From: a virus
Taxonomy: Duplodnaviria > Heunggongvirae > Uroviricota > Caudoviricetes
Direction: 5' to 3' (one strand)
Length of the DNA stretch: 4,073 nucleotides
Virus record (IMG/VR): IMGVR_UViG_2703718790_000002
This document shows, piece after piece, positions 1-4,073 of the stretch. Position 1 is the first letter of the stretch. The number at the start of each line of letters is the position of its first letter. Below the pieces are notes generated by a model that did not search any database, was not told the DNA's origin, and saw only the letters and a list, made by a program, of their open reading frames with translations. A program made the position numbers and the translations under genes.

Positions 1-564
1 CGGGTTACCTGCAGCCAGCGGTGCCGGTGCCCCCTGCATCAGACGATCCAGCGCAGTATCACTGCGCGCCTGTGCACTCTGTGGTGCTGCGGCCAGAATG
101 CGGCGGGCCGTTTCCACGGTCATACCGGGGGTTTCTGCCAGCACGCGGGCCTGTTCTTCGCGTCCGTGAGCCTCCTCACAGTTGAGGATCCCCATAATGC
201 GGCTGTTTTCTGCCGCAACCGCAGCGGTGATCTGCGCGTTCACGTCCGGCTGCGCCGCGCTGGCGTTTTCGCCCTCCGTCGCTGGCACCACGCCAGTAAC
301 GTCAGCCTGCGAAGCAGTGGCTGAAACAGTTGTTGATTGAGTCTCTTTGGTCATTCGCCCTCCTGAGAGACGGGATTTACGTGCATCCAGTGCATCACGC
401 ATAACGGTGATCGCATCGGTGCTGTTGACAAGTTCATCAGCCAGTCCGGCATCAATGGCCTCCTGACCGCTGTACACTGCAGCCTCGGTATCCAGCACAG
501 CCTGCACGGACAGGCCGGTATATGCCGACACCTTCTGCGCAAACATCCGGCGGGTTGCATCCAT
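1..564 (-). CDS. nu3: Scaffolding protein Nu3, nested in-frame in the 3' part of gene C; 3' end beyond the window start
   Basis: In-frame ATG at 564..562 giving MDATRRMFAQKVSAYTGLSVQAVLDTEAAVYSGQEAIDAGLADELVNSTDAITVMRDALDARKSRLSGGRMTKETQSTTVSATASQ… The position matches the recalled lambda Nu3 start once the 143-bp deletion is allowed for. The frame is open to position 1. Confidence 0.6.
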   Translation of the reverse strand, partial: MDATRRMFAQKVSAYTGLSVQAVLDTEAAVYSGQEAIDAGLADELVNSTDAITVMRDALDARKSRLSGGRMTKETQSTTVSATASQADVTGVVPATEGENASAAQPDVNAQITAAVAAENSRIMGILNCEEAHGREEQARVLAETPGMTVETARRILAAAPQSAQARSDTALDRLMQGAPAPLAAGNP

Positions 565-823
565 CCGGGACTGCAGTGTTTCCCGGACATCACCCGGTAG
601 ATGGCTGTAGGGGTTGCCATCCACCTTATGGCTGCCGCTGTAAATCAGCGTGATTTCCACGCCCTGTTTCTCCAGGGCAGCACCGTAATTACTGTGAGCC
701 ATCATGACGCCGATGGAGCCTGTCCGGGCGGTCTGCGTGACCAGACGCCGGGAGGCGGCGCTGGCAAGCAGCTGACCTGCACTGCAGTTCATGTCGTTGG
801 CCAGCGCCCATACCGGTTTTATG

Positions 824-1115
824 TCAACCCGAATACGGCTGCAGCGCCCGCGTCCGGCTGACCAGCGTACCGGACACCGGCAGCACGGCGATGCCGTTCA
901 TGACCTGATAACTCCGGGCCTGTCGTGGTCCGTCATCATCACCGGATAACGCCAGCGCCGCGGGTGCCTCTCCGGCAGTCAGGCTGTCGCCGGATACTGC
1001 ATCCGTCAGGCGGCTGATCCCAAGCTGGCCTGCAAGCGCACAAAAGAAAACCCGCGCATAGGCGGGTTCAAGCATCAGCGGCTCATTAAAAGCCATGCTG
1101 GCAATATGCGGGAGA

Positions 1116-1135
<20 letters not shown>
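824..1135 (-). CDS. C: N-terminal fragment (103 aa) of the head protease/minor capsid protein gpC, ending at a premature stop
   Basis: GTG at 1135..1133 preceded by GAGGAGGAG (1148..1140). Translation VTAELRNLPHIASMAFNEPLMLEPAYARVFFCALAGQLGIS…SRTRALQPYSG, then TGA at 826..824. The 20-nt overlap with the portal 3' end matches the lambda B/C arrangement as I recall it. The track ORF 824..1270 includes a spurious 45-codon upstream extension. Confidence 0.8.

Positions 1136-4073
<2,938 letters not shown>

Overview
This window is a lambda-type phage head-morphogenesis and DNA-packaging module, with every gene on the minus strand. Reading 5'->3' on that strand: the 3' portion of the terminase large subunit (gpA), the head-tail joining protein gpW, the portal protein gpB, the head protease gpC, and the nested scaffold gene Nu3. 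From memory of the lambda reference annotation, the window looks colinear with the reverse complement of lambda about 1481..5695, apart from two indels. Those two gene-disrupting lesions are the main findings: a 1-nt insertion that frameshifts the portal gene near 1761-1766, and an out-of-frame internal deletion of about 143 bp in gene C at the 823/824 junction. Terminase, W and the Nu3 start appear intact. I see no tRNA, CRISPR array, mobile element, or any novel system; this is a well-known module carrying lesions that suggest a defective prophage, an engineered mutant, or assembly error. All comparisons to lambda are from memory and need alignment to confirm.
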